From Macrostomum lignano (taxonomy: Eukaryota), in contig NIVC01000207.1 of the NCBI GenBank assembly GCA_002269645.1, forward strand, positions 1 to 58,012: a stretch of 58,012 bases of DNA. Reading direction: 5' to 3'. The notes under the pieces were generated by a model. It was given only the letters and a program-made list of their open reading frames with translations. It was not told the DNA's origin and did not search any database. This document shows positions 36,038-56,900 of the stretch, in pieces (positions within the stretch are counted from its first letter, which is position 1; every line of letters starts with the position of its first letter). The translations under genes were made by a program, and so were the position numbers.

Positions 36038-36598
36038 GGTCAGGACCGGAAGCTGGCTCTAGGTCAGGACCGGAAGCTGGTTCTAGGTCAGGACCGGAAG
36101 CTGGCTCTAGGTCAGGACCGGAAGCTGGTTCTAGGTCAGCACCGGAAGCTAGCTCTAGATCAGAACTGGAAGCTGTGCCTGTCTAGGTCAGAACCGGAAG
36201 CTGGCTCTAGGTCAGGACCGGAAGCTGGCTCTAGATCAGCACCGGAAGCTAGCTCTAGATCAGAACTGGAAGCTGTGCCTGTCTAGGTCAGAACCGGAAG
36301 CTGGCTCTAGGTCAGGACCGGAAGCTGGCTCTAGGTCAGGACCGAAAGCTGGCTCTAGGTCAGGACCGGAAGCTGGCTCTAGGTCAGGACCGGAAGCTGG
36401 CTCTAGGACAGCACCGGAAGCTGGCTCTAGGTCAGGACCGGAAGCTGGCTCTAGGTCAGGACCGGAAGCTGGCTCTAGGTCCGGACCAGAAGCTGGCTCT
36501 AGGTCAGGATCGGAAGCTGGCTCTAGGTCAGGACCGGAAGCTGGCTCTAGGTCAGGACCGGAAGCTGGCTCTAGGTCAGGACCGGAAGCTGGCTCTAT
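36038..36598. repeat. 24-bp minisatellite (ggtcaggaccggaagctggctcta), about 23 copies, abutting the kinase stop codon
   Basis: Direct periodicity of 24; the unit resembles the last codons of the kinase CDS. Confidence 0.96.
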
Positions 36599-43775
<7,177 letters not shown>

Positions 43776-44942
43776 TTGGGTTAATTTATTGAAAAAATGA
43801 AATTAATTGACAAATAGAAATCTGGCTTTTTGAAAGGCCAACTGAAGTCCCATTTTATATGAAGCGGCAGTTTGACATCAACAAGTTCACTCTAATTTTC
43901 ATTGGTTCGGAATGGGGTGGTCAAAATATTTCACGTTCATAGTACGTGTCAAATCCACTATGCTTTTAGACTCGAAGGGGTGGACTGCTTCATTTCAGTA
44001 GTGACTCATTTTGACACCAAATTACTTTGATTCAAAATGAAACATGCGCATTAACCAGCATGAAACATACATTAGGTACAATATGCCCCACTCACATTCA
44101 CAGCCTCATTCACAGCCTCATTCACTGCCTCATTCACAGCCTCACAGCCAGACTCACTGATCGACCCTAATCCAGTTTGGGTTTCGAATACTCAGTTATT
44201 TCTGCATTTTCAATTCATTGAGTAGCTCTGTGAGATCCGCTGCTGTCAATATACAGTGGGCAGTGGATAACAAATAAATGACACACAATGAATTGGATAG
44301 GAATTAAATGAATGATGCAAAATAGAAATTCGAGAAATAGATTAAATATGCAAGAAAAAGACGTATATGCTCAAAAATTAGGATGAAGTCAGTCATCAAC
44401 AAATCAAAGAGTAGATAAAATTCATAGGTTGCAATCTTAACTCCACTTTGGTGTCTAATTAAAGTTTACAATTTTACATATTTGGAACTGCTTGACACTA
44501 TTCTTTACGATAATGGCGCAATCATAAGTTTGGTGCAACAAATTTGCTTAGATAGGTGTCTTCCACCATGAACCACCCATCACTGTCACCGAGCATTGCG
44601 CAATCTTGAGCATACCCAGAGCACGTATTTGCTTTTAAGCAATCGTGAGAACTGCGATTCTTATCTTTACTCAAAATCCAGCTACAGTGGAAAGATCGAG
44701 AAAAGCGCGAAACACACCTCCAAACAAACCGCTGTGCATAATACAAAACAATATATAGATAAAAAGTGGAACGCTCACAGCAGGTGACCAAACCAAAAGT
44801 AAAAGCAAAGCCCAATTGTATTTTGATAAAAAGCCATTACTAAAGAAGCTGGCGAAATATTTCTGAGCTAACCTGTCAATATCAAGTATAAGTTAAAATG
44901 TACGAGCGCAGTAAATTCAAACATGGATTTAAACTATAGCGG

Positions 44943-47900
44943 CGCTGTCAATATATAGAATTAAATGGAGAGCTTAGAAATGACACTCAATGGGGCTGAT
45001 ATACACAGGTGCAAAGATGACGCAGAGCCCGCTACTCTCAGCATCTCTAACTAGCCCTGTCGCTGTCAATATATAGAATTAAATGGAGAGCTTAGAAATG
45101 ACACTCAATGGGGCTGATATACACAGGTGCAAAGATGACGCAGAGCCCGCTACTCTCAGCATCTCTAACTAGCCCTGTCGCTGTCAATATATAGAATTAA
45201 ATGGAGAGCTTAGAAATGACACTCAATGGGGCTGATATACACAGGTGCAAAGATGACGCAGAGCCCGCTACTCTCAGCATCTCTAACTAGCCCTGTCGCT
45301 GTCAATATATAGAATTAAATGGAGAGCTTAGAAATGACACTCAATGGGGCTGATATACACAGGTGCAAAGATGACGCAGAGCCCGCTACTCTCAGCATCT
45401 CTAACTAGCCCTGTCGCTGTCAATATATAGAATTAAATGGAGAGCTTAGAAATGACACTCAATGGGGCTGATATACACAGGTGCAAAGATGACGCAGAGC
45501 CCGCTACTCTCAGCATCTCTAACTAGCCCTGTCGCTGTCAATATATAGAATTAAATGGAGAGCTTAGAAATGACACTCAATGGGGCTGATATACACAGGT
45601 GCAAAGATGACGCAGAGCCCGCTACTCTCAGCATCTCTAACTAGCCCTGTCGCTGTCAATATATAGAATTAAATGGAGAGCTTAGAAATGACACTCAATG
45701 GGGCTGATATACACAGGTGCAAAGATGACGCAGAGCCCGCTACTCTCAGCATCTCTAACTAGCCCTGTCGCTGTCAATATATAGAATTAAATGGAGAGCT
45801 TAGAAATGACACTCAATGGGGCTGATATACACAGGTGCAAAGATGACGCAGAGCCCGCTACTCTCAGCATCTCTAACTAGCCCTGTCGCTGTCAATATAT
45901 AGAATTAAATGGAGAGCTTAGAAATGACACTCAATGGGGCTGATATACACAGGTGCAAAGATGACGCAGAGCCCGCTACTCTCAGCATCTCTAACTAGCC
46001 CTGTCGCTGTCAATATATAGAATTAAATGGAGAGCTTAGAAATGACACTCAATGGGGCTGATATACACAGGTGCAAAGATGACGCAGAGCCCGCTACTCT
46101 CAGCATCTCTAACTAGCCCTGTCGCTGTCAATATATAGAATTAAATGGAGAGCTTAGAAATGACACTCAATGGGGCTGATATACACAGGTGCAAAGATGA
46201 CGCAGAGCCCGCTACTCTCAGCATCTCTAACTAGCCCTGTCGCTGTCAATATATAGAATTAAATGGAGAGCTTAGAAATGACACTCAATGGGGCTGATAT
46301 ACACAGGTGCAAAGATGACGCAGAGCCCGCTACTCTCAGCATCTCTAACTAGCCCTGTCGCTGTCAATATATAGAATTAAATGGAGAGCTTAGAAATGAC
46401 ACTCAATGGGGCTGATATACACAGGTGCAAAGATGACGCAGAGCCCGCTACTCTCAGCATCTCTAACTAGCCCTGTCGCTGTCAATATATAGAATTAAAT
46501 GGAGAGCTTAGAAATGACACTCAATGGGGCTGATATACACAGGTGCAAAGATGACGCAGAGCCCGCTACTCTCAGCATCTCTAACTAGCCCTGTCGCTGT
46601 CAATATATAGAATTAAATGGAGAGCTTAGAAATGACACTCAATGGGGCTGATATACACAGGTGCAAAGATGACGCAGAGCCCGCTACTCTCAGCATCTCT
46701 AACTAGCCCTGTCGCTGTCAATATATAGAATTAAATGGAGAGCTTAGAAATGACACTCAATGGGGCTGATATACACAGGTGCAAAGATGACGCAGAGCCC
46801 GCTACTCTCAGCATCTCTAACTAGCCCTGTCGCTGTCAATATATAGAATTAAATGGAGAGCTTAGAAATGACACTCAATGGGGCTGATATACACAGGTGC
46901 AAAGATGACGCAGAGCCCGCTACTCTCAGCATCTCTAACTAGCCCTGTCGCTGTCAATATATAGAATTAAATGGAGAGCTTAGAAATGACACTCAATGGG
47001 GCTGATATACACAGGTGCAAAGATGACGCAGAGCCCGCTACTCTCAGCATCTCTAACTAGCCCTGTCGCTGTCAATATATAGAATTAAATGGAGAGCTTA
47101 GAAATGACACTCAATGGGGCTGATATACACAGGTGCAAAGATGACGCAGAGCCCGCTACTCTCAGCATCTCTAACTAGCCCTGTCGCTGTCAATATATAG
47201 AATTAAATGGAGAGCTTAGAAATGACACTCAATGGGGCTGATATACACAGGTGCAAAGATGACGCAGAGCCCGCTACTCTCAGCATCTCTAACTAGCCCT
47301 GTCGCTGTCAATATATAGAATTAAATGGAGAGCTTAGAAATGACACTCAATGGGGCTGATATACACAGGTGCAAAGATGACGCAGAGCCCGCTACTCTCA
47401 GCATCTCTAACTAGCCCTGTCGCTGTCAATATATAGAATTAAATGGAGAGCTTAGAAATGACACTCAATGGGGCTGATATACACAGGTGCAAAGATGACG
47501 CAGAGCCCGCTACACTCAGCATCTCTAACTAGCCCTGTCGCTGTCAATATATAGAATTAAATGGAGAGCTTAGAAATGACACTCAATGGGGCTGATATAC
47601 ACAGGTGCAAAGATGACGCAGAGCCCGCTACTCTCAGCATCTCTAACTAGCCCTGTCGCTGTCAATATATAGAATTAAATGGAGAGCTTAGAAATGACAC
47701 TCAATGGGGCTGATATACACAGGTGCAAAGATGACGCAGAGCCCGCTACTCTCAGCATCTCTAACTAGCCCTGTCGCTGTCAATATATAGAATTAAATGG
47801 AGAGCTTAGAAATGACACTCAATGGGGCTGATATACACAGGTGCAAAGATGACGCAGAGCCCGCTACTCTCAGCATCTCTAACTAGCCCTGTCGCTGTCA

Positions 47901-50900
47901 ATATATAGAATTAAATGGAGAGCTTAGAAATGACACTCAATGGGGCTGATATACACAGGTGCAAAGATGACGCAGAGCCCGCTACTCTCAGCATCTCTAA
48001 CTAGCCCTGTCGCTGTCAATATATAGAATTAAATGGAGAGCTTAGAAATGACACTCAATGGGGCTGATATACACAGGTGCAAAGATGACGCAGAGCCCGC
48101 TACTCTCAGCATCTCTAACTAGCCCTGTCGCTGTCAATATATAGAATTAAATGGAGAGCTTAGAAATGACACTCAATGGGGCTGATATACACAGGTGCAA
48201 AGATGACGCAGAGCCCGCTACTCTCAGCATCTCTAACTAGCCCTGTCGCTGTCAATATATAGAATTAAATGGAGAGCTTAGAAATGACACTCAATGGGGC
48301 TGATATACACAGGTGCAAAGATGACGCAGAGCCCGCTACTCTCAGCATCTCTAACTAGCCCTGTCGCTGTCAATATATAGAATTAAATGGAGAGCTTAGA
48401 AATGACACTCAATGGGGCTGATATACACAGGTGCAAAGATGACGCAGAGCCCGCTACTCTCAGCATCTCTAACTAGCCCTGTCGCTGTCAATATATAGAA
48501 TTAAATGGAGAGCTTAGAAATGACACTCAATGGGGCTGATATACACAGGTGCAAAGATGACGCAGAGCCCGCTACTCTCAGCATCTCTAACTAGCCCTGT
48601 CGCTGTCAATATATAGAATTAAATGGAGAGCTTAGAAATGACACTCAATGGGGCTGATATACACAGGTGCAAAGATGACGCAGAGCCCGCTACTCTCAGC
48701 ATCTCTAACTAGCCCTGTCGCTGTCAATATATAGAATTAAATGGAGAGCTTAGAAATGACACTCAATGGGGCTGATATACACAGGTGCAAAGATGACGCA
48801 GAGCCCGCTACTCTCAGCATCTCTAACTAGCCCTGTCGCTGTCAATATATAGAATTAAATGGAGAGCTTAGAAATGACACTCAATGGGGCTGATATACAC
48901 AGGTGCAAAGATGACGCAGAGCCCGCTACTCTCAGCATCTCTAACTAGCCCTGTCGCTGTCAATATATAGAATTAAATGGAGAGCTTAGAAATGACACTC
49001 AATGGGGCTGATATACACAGGTGCAAAGATGACGCAGAGCCCGCTACTCTCAGCATCTCTAACTAGCCCTGTCGCTGTCAATATATAGAATTAAATGGAG
49101 AGCTTAGAAATGACACTCAATGGGGCTGATATACACAGGTGCAAAGATGACGCAGAGCCCGCTACTCTCAGCATCTCTAACTAGCCCTGTCGCTGTCAAT
49201 ATATAGAATTAAATGGAGAGCTTAGAAATGACACTCAATGGGGCTGATATACACAGGTGCAAAGATGACGCAGAGCCCGCTACTCTCAGCATCTCTAACT
49301 AGCCCTGTCGCTGTCAATATATAGAATTAAATGGAGAGCTTAGAAATGACACTCAATGGGGCTGATATACACAGGTGCAAAGATGACGCAGAGCCCGCTA
49401 CTCTCAGCATCTCTAACTAGCCCTGTCGCTGTCAATATATAGAATTAAATGGAGAGCTTAGAAATGACACTCAATGGGGCTGATATACACAGGTGCAAAG
49501 ATGACGCAGAGCCCGCTACTCTCAGCATCTCTAACTAGCCCTGTCGCTGTCAATATATAGAATTAAATGGAGAGCTTAGAAATGACACTCAATGGGGCTG
49601 ATATACACAGGTGCAAAGATGACGCAGAGCCCGCTACTCTCAGCATCTCTAACTAGCCCTGTCGCTGTCAATATATAGAATTAAATGGAGAGCTTAGAAA
49701 TGACACTCAATGGGGCTGATATACACAGGTGCAAAGATGACGCAGAGCCCGCTACTCTCAGCATCTCTAACTAGCCCTGTCGCTGTCAATATATAGAATT
49801 AAATGGAGAGCTTAGAAATGACACTCAATGGGGCTGATATACACAGGTGCAAAGATGACGCAGAGCCCGCTACTCTCAGCATCTCTAACTAGCCCTGTCG
49901 CTGTCAATATATAGAATTAAATGGAGAGCTTAGAAATGACACTCAATGGGGCTGATATACACAGGTGCAAAGATGACGCAGAGCCCGCTACTCTCAGCAT
50001 CTCTAACTAGCCCTGTCGCTGTCAATATATAGAATTAAATGGAGAGCTTAGAAATGACACTCAATGGGGCTGATATACACAGGTGCAAAGATGACGCAGA
50101 GCCCGCTACTCTCAGCATCTCTAACTAGCCCTGTCGCTGTCAATATATAGAATTAAATGGAGAGCTTAGAAATGACACTCAATGGGGCTGATATACACAG
50201 GTGCAAAGATGACGCAGAGCCCGCTACTCTCAGCATCTCTAACTAGCCCTGTCGCTGTCAATATATAGAATTAAATGGAGAGCTTAGAAATGACACTCAA
50301 TGGGGCTGATATACACAGGTGCAAAGATGACGCAGAGCCCGCTACTCTCAGCATCTCTAACTAGCCCTGTCGCTGTCAATATATAGAATTAAATGGAGAG
50401 CTTAGAAATGACACTCAATGGGGCTGATATACACAGGTGCAAAGATGACGCAGAGCCCGCTACTCTCAGCATCTCTAACTAGCCCTGTCGCTGTCAATAT
50501 ATAGAATTAAATGGAGAGCTTAGAAATGACACTCAATGGGGCTGATATACACAGGTGCAAAGATGACGCAGAGCCCGCTACTCTCAGCATCTCTAACTAG
50601 CCCTGTCGCTGTCAATATATAGAATTAAATGGAGAGCTTAGAAATGACACTCAATGGGGCTGATATACACAGGTGCAAAGATGACGCAGAGCCCGCTACT
50701 CTCAGCATCTCTAACTAGCCCTGTCGCTGTCAATATATAGAATTAAATGGAGAGCTTAGAAATGACACTCAATGGGGCTGATATACACAGGTGCAAAGAT
50801 GACGCAGAGCCCGCTACTCTCAGCATCTCTAACTAGCCCTGTCGCTGTCAATATATAGAATTAAATGGAGAGCTTAGAAATGACACTCAATGGGGCTGAT

Positions 50901-53900
50901 ATACACAGGTGCAAAGATGACGCAGAGCCCGCTACTCTCAGCATCTCTAACTAGCCCTGTCGCTGTCAATATATAGAATTAAATGGAGAGCTTAGAAATG
51001 ACACTCAATGGGGCTGATATACACAGGTGCAAAGATGACGCAGAGCCCGCTACTCTCAGCATCTCTAACTAGCCCTGTCGCTGTCAATATATAGAATTAA
51101 ATGGAGAGCTTAGAAATGACACTCAATGGGGCTGATATACACAGGTGCAAAGATGACGCAGAGCCCGCTACTCTCAGCATCTCTAACTAGCCCTGTCGCT
51201 GTCAATATATAGAATTAAATGGAGAGCTTAGAAATGACACTCAATGGGGCTGATATACACAGGTGCAAAGATGACGCAGAGCCCGCTACTCTCAGCATCT
51301 CTAACTAGCCCTGTCGCTGTCAATATATAGAATTAAATGGAGAGCTTAGAAATGACACTCAATGGGGCTGATATACACAGGTGCAAAGATGACGCAGAGC
51401 CCGCTACTCTCAGCATCTCTAACTAGCCCTGTCGCTGTCAATATATAGAATTAAATGGAGAGCTTAGAAATGACACTCAATGGGGCTGATATACACAGGT
51501 GCAAAGATGACGCAGAGCCCGCTACTCTCAGCATCTCTAACTAGCCCTGTCGCTGTCAATATATAGAATTAAATGGAGAGCTTAGAAATGACACTCAATG
51601 GGGCTGATATACACAGGTGCAAAGATGACGCAGAGCCCGCTACTCTCAGCATCTCTAACTAGCCCTGTCGCTGTCAATATATAGAATTAAATGGAGAGCT
51701 TAGAAATGACACTCAATGGGGCTGATATACACAGGTGCAAAGATGACGCAGAGCCCGCTACTCTCAGCATCTCTAACTAGCCCTGTCGCTGTCAATATAT
51801 AGAATTAAATGGAGAGCTTAGAAATGACACTCAATGGGGCTGATATACACAGGTGCAAAGATGACGCAGAGCCCGCTACTCTCAGCATCTCTAACTAGCC
51901 CTGTCGCTGTCAATATATAGAATTAAATGGAGAGCTTAGAAATGACACTCAATGGGGCTGATATACACAGGTGCAAAGATGACGCAGAGCCCGCTACTCT
52001 CAGCATCTCTAACTAGCCCTGTCGCTGTCAATATATAGAATTAAATGGAGAGCTTAGAAATGACACTCAATGGGGCTGATATACACAGGTGCAAAGATGA
52101 CGCAGAGCCCGCTACTCTCAGCATCTCTAACTAGCCCTGTCGCTGTCAATATATAGAATTAAATGGAGAGCTTAGAAATGACACTCAATGGGCTGATATA
52201 CACAGGTGCAAAGATGACGCAGAGCCCGCTACTCTCAGCATCTCTAACTAGCCCTGTCGCTGTCAATATATAGAATTAAATGGAGAGCTTAGAAATGACA
52301 CTCAATGGGGCTGATATACGCAGGTGCAAAGATGACGCAGAGCCCGCTACTCTCAGCATCTCTAACTAGCCCTGTCGCTGTCAATATATAGAATTAAATG
52401 GAGAGCTTAGAAATGACACTCAATGGGGCTGATATACACAGGTGCAAAGATGACGCAGAGCCCGCTACTCTCAGCATCTCTAACTAGCCCTGTCGCTGTC
52501 AATATATAGAATTAAATGGAGAGCTTAGAAATGACACTCAATGGGGCTGATATACACAGGTGCAAAGATGACGCAGAGCCCGCTACTCTCAGCATCTCTA
52601 ACTAGCCCTGTCGCTGTCAATATATAGAATTAAATGGAGAGCTTAGAAATGACACTCAATGGGGCTGATATACACAGGTGCAAAGATGACGCAGAGCCCG
52701 CTACTCTCAGCATCTCTAACTAGCCCTGTCGCTGTCAATATATAGAATTAAATGGAGAGCTTAGAAATGACACTCAATGGGGCTGATATACACAGGTGCA
52801 AAGATGACGCAGAGCCCGCTACTCTCAGCATCTCTAACTAGCCCTGTCGCTGTCAATATATAGAATTAAATGGAGAGCTTAGAAATGACACTCAATGGGG
52901 CTGATATACACAGGTGCAAAGATGACGCAGAGCCCGCTACTCTCAGCATCTCTAACTAGCCCTGTCGCTGTCAATATATAGAATTAAATGGAGAGCTTAG
53001 AAATGACACTCAATGGGGCTGATATACACAGGTGCAAAGATGACGCAGAGCCCGCTACTCTCAGCATCTCTAACTAGCCCTGTCGCTGTCAATATATAGA
53101 ATTAAATGGAGAGCTTAGAAATGACACTCAATGGGGCTGATATACACAGGTGCAAAGATGACGCAGAGCCCGCTACTCTCAGCATCTCTAACTAGCCCTG
53201 TCGCTGTCAATATATAGAATTAAATGGAGAGCTTAGAAATGACACTCAATGGGGCTGATATACACAGGTGCAAAGATGACGCAGAGCCCGCTACTCTCAG
53301 CATCTCTAACTAGCCCTGTCGCTGTCAATATATAGAATTAAATGGAGAGCTTAGAAATGACACTCAATGGGGCTGATATACACAGGTGCAAAGATGACGC
53401 AGAGCCCGCTACTCTCAGCATCTCTAACTAGCCCTGTCGCTGTCAATATATAGAATTAAATGGAGAGCTTAGAAATGACACTCAATGGGGCTGATATACA
53501 CAGGTGCAAAGATGACGCAGAGCCCGCTACTCTCAGCATCTCTAACTAGCCCTGTCGCTGTCAATATATAGAATTAAATGGAGAGCTTAGAAATGACACT
53601 CAATGGGGCTGATATACACAGGTGCAAAGATGACGCAGAGCCCGCTACTCTCAGCATCTCTAACTAGCCCTGTCGCTGTCAATATATAGAATTAAATGGA
53701 GAGCTTAGAAATGACACTCAATGGGGCTGATATACACAGGTGCAAAGATGACGCAGAGCCCGCTACTCTCAGCATCTCTAACTAGCCCTGTCGCTGTCAA
53801 TATATAGAATTAAATGGAGAGCTTAGAAATGACACTCAATGGGGCTGATATACACAGGTGCAAAGATGACGCAGAGCCCGCTACTCTCAGCATCTCTAAC

Positions 53901-56900
53901 TAGCCCTGTCGCTGTCAATATATAGAATTAAATGGAGAGCTTAGAAATGACACTCAATGGGGCTGATATACACAGGTGCAAAGATGACGCAGAGCCGCTA
54001 CTCTCAGCATCTCTAACTAGCCCTGTCGCTGTCAATATATAGAATTAAATGGAGAGCTTAGAAATGACACTCAATGGGGCTGATATACACAGGTGCAAAG
54101 ATGACGCAGAGCCCGCTACTCTCAGCATCTCTAACTAGCCCTGTCGCTGTCAATATATAGAATTAAATGGAGAGCTTAGAAATGACACTCAATGGGGCTG
54201 ATATACACAGGTGCAAAGATGACGCAGAGCCCGCTACTCTCAGCATCTCTAACTAGCCCTGTCGCTGTCAATATATAGAATTAAATGGAGAGCTTAGAAA
54301 TGACACTCAATGGGGCTGATATACACAGGTGCAAAGATGACGCAGAGCCCGCTACTCTCAGCATCTCTAACTAGCCCTGTCGCTGTCAATATATAGAATT
54401 AAATGGAGAGCTTAGAAATGACACTCAATGGGGCTGATATACACAGGTGCAAAGATGACGCAGAGCCCGCTACTCTCAGCATCTCTAACTAGCCCTGTCG
54501 CTGTCAATATATAGAATTAAATGGAGAGCTTAGAAATGACACTCAATGGGGCTGATATACACAGGTGCAAAGATGACGCAGAGCCCGCTACTCTCAGCAT
54601 CTCTAACTAGCCCTGTCGCTGTCAATATATAGAATTAAATGGAGAGCTTAGAAATGACACTCAATGGGGCTGATATACACAGGTGCAAAGATGACGCAGA
54701 GCCCGCTACTCTCAGCATCTCTAACTAGCCCTGTCGCTGTCAATATATAGAATTAAATGGAGAGCTTAGAAATGACACTCAATGGGGCTGATATACACAG
54801 GTGCAAAGATGACGCAGAGCCCGCTACTCTCAGCATCTCTAACTAGCCCTGTCGCTGTCAATATATAGAATTAAATGGAGAGCTTAGAAATGACACTCAA
54901 TGGGGCTGATATACACAGGTGCAAAGATGACGCAGAGCCCGCTACTCTCAGCATCTCTAACTAGCCCTGTCGCTGTCAATATATAGAATTAAATGGAGAG
55001 CTTAGAAATGACACTCAATGGGGCTGATATACACAGGTGCAAAGATGACGCAGAGCCCGCTACTCTCAGCATCTCTAACTAGCCCTGTCGCTGTCAATAT
55101 ATAGAATTAAATGGAGAGCTTAGAAATGACACTCAATGGGGCTGATATACACAGGTGCAAAGATGACGCAGAGCCCGCTACTCTCAGCATCTCTAACTAG
55201 CCCTGTCGCTGTCAATATATAGAATTAAATGGAGAGCTTAGAAATGACACTCAATGGGGCTGATATACACAGGTGCAAAGATGACGCAGAGCCCGCTACT
55301 CTCAGCATCTCTAACTAGCCCTGTCGCTGTCAATATATAGAATTAAATGGAGAGCTTAGAAATGACACTCAATGGGGCTGATATACACAGGTGCAAAGAT
55401 GACGCAGAGCCCGCTACTCTCAGCATCTCTAACTAGCCCTGTCGCTGTCAATATATAGAATTAAATGGAGAGCTTAGAAATGACACTCAATGGGGCTGAT
55501 ATACACAGGTGCAAAGATGACGCAGAGCCCGCTACTCTCAGCATCTCTAACTAGCCCTGTCGCTGTCAATATATAGAATTAAATGGAGAGCTTAGAAATG
55601 ACACTCAATGGGGCTGATATACACAGGTGCAAAGATGACGCAGAGCCCGCTACTCTCAGCATCTCTAACTAGCCCTGTCGCTGTCAATATATAGAATTAA
55701 ATGGAGAGCTTAGAAATGACACTCAATGGGGCTGATATACACAGGTGCAAAGATGACGCAGAGCCCGCTACTCTCAGCATCTCTAACTAGCCCTGTCGCT
55801 GTCAATATATAGAATTAAATGGAGAGCTTAGAAATGACACTCAATGGGGCTGATATACACAGGTGCAAAGATGACGCAGAGCCCGCTACTCTCAGCATCT
55901 CTAACTAGCCCTGTCGCTGTCAATATATAGAATTAAATGGAGAGCTTAGAAATGACACTCAATGGGGCTGATATACACAGGTGCAAAGATGACGCAGAGC
56001 CCGCTACTCTCAGCATCTCTAACTAGCCCTGTCGCTGTCAATATATAGAATTAAATGGAGAGCTTAGAAATGACACTCAATGGGGCTGATATACACAGGT
56101 GCAAAGATGACGCAGAGCCCGCTACTCTCAGCATCTCTAACTAGCCCTGTCGCTGTCAATATATAGAATTAAATGGAGAGCTTAGAAATGACACTCAATG
56201 GGGCTGATATACACAGGTGCAAAGATGACGCAGAGCCCGCTACTCTCAGCATCTCTAACTAGCCCTGTCGCTGTCAATATATAGAATTAAATGGAGAGCT
56301 TAGAAATGACACTCAATGGGGCTGATATACACAGGTGCAAAGATGACGCAGAGCCCGCTACTCTCAGCATCTCTAACTAGCCCTGTCGCTGTCAATATAT
56401 AGAATTAAATGGAGAGCTTAGAAATGACACTCAATGGGGCTGATATACACAGGTGCAAAGATGACGCAGAGCCCGCTACTCTCAGCATCTCTAACTAGCC
56501 CTGTCGCTGTCAATATATAGAATTAAATGGAGAGCTTAGAAATGACACTCAATGGGGCTGATATACACAGGTGCAAAGATGACGCAGAGCCCGCTACTCT
56601 CAGCATCTCTAACTAGCCCTGTCGCTGTCAATATATAGAATTAAATGGAGAGCTTAGAAATGACACTCAATGGGCTGATATACACAGGTGCAAAGATGAC
56701 GCAGAGCCCGCTACTCTCAGCATCTCTAACTAGCCCTGTCGCTGTCAATATATAGAATTAAATGGAGAGCTTAGAAATGACACTCAATGGGGCTGATATA
56801 CACAGGTGCAAAGATGACGCAGAGCCCGCTACTCTCAGCATCTCTAACTAGCCCTGTCGCTGTCAATATATAGAATTAAATGGAGAGCTTAGAAATGACA

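Noticed and set aside
44522-44815. Additional 5' kinase exon
   Set aside because: A donor (TGG|GTATGC) exists but the acceptor is poor, and an in-frame ATG at 43775 already gives a complete model.
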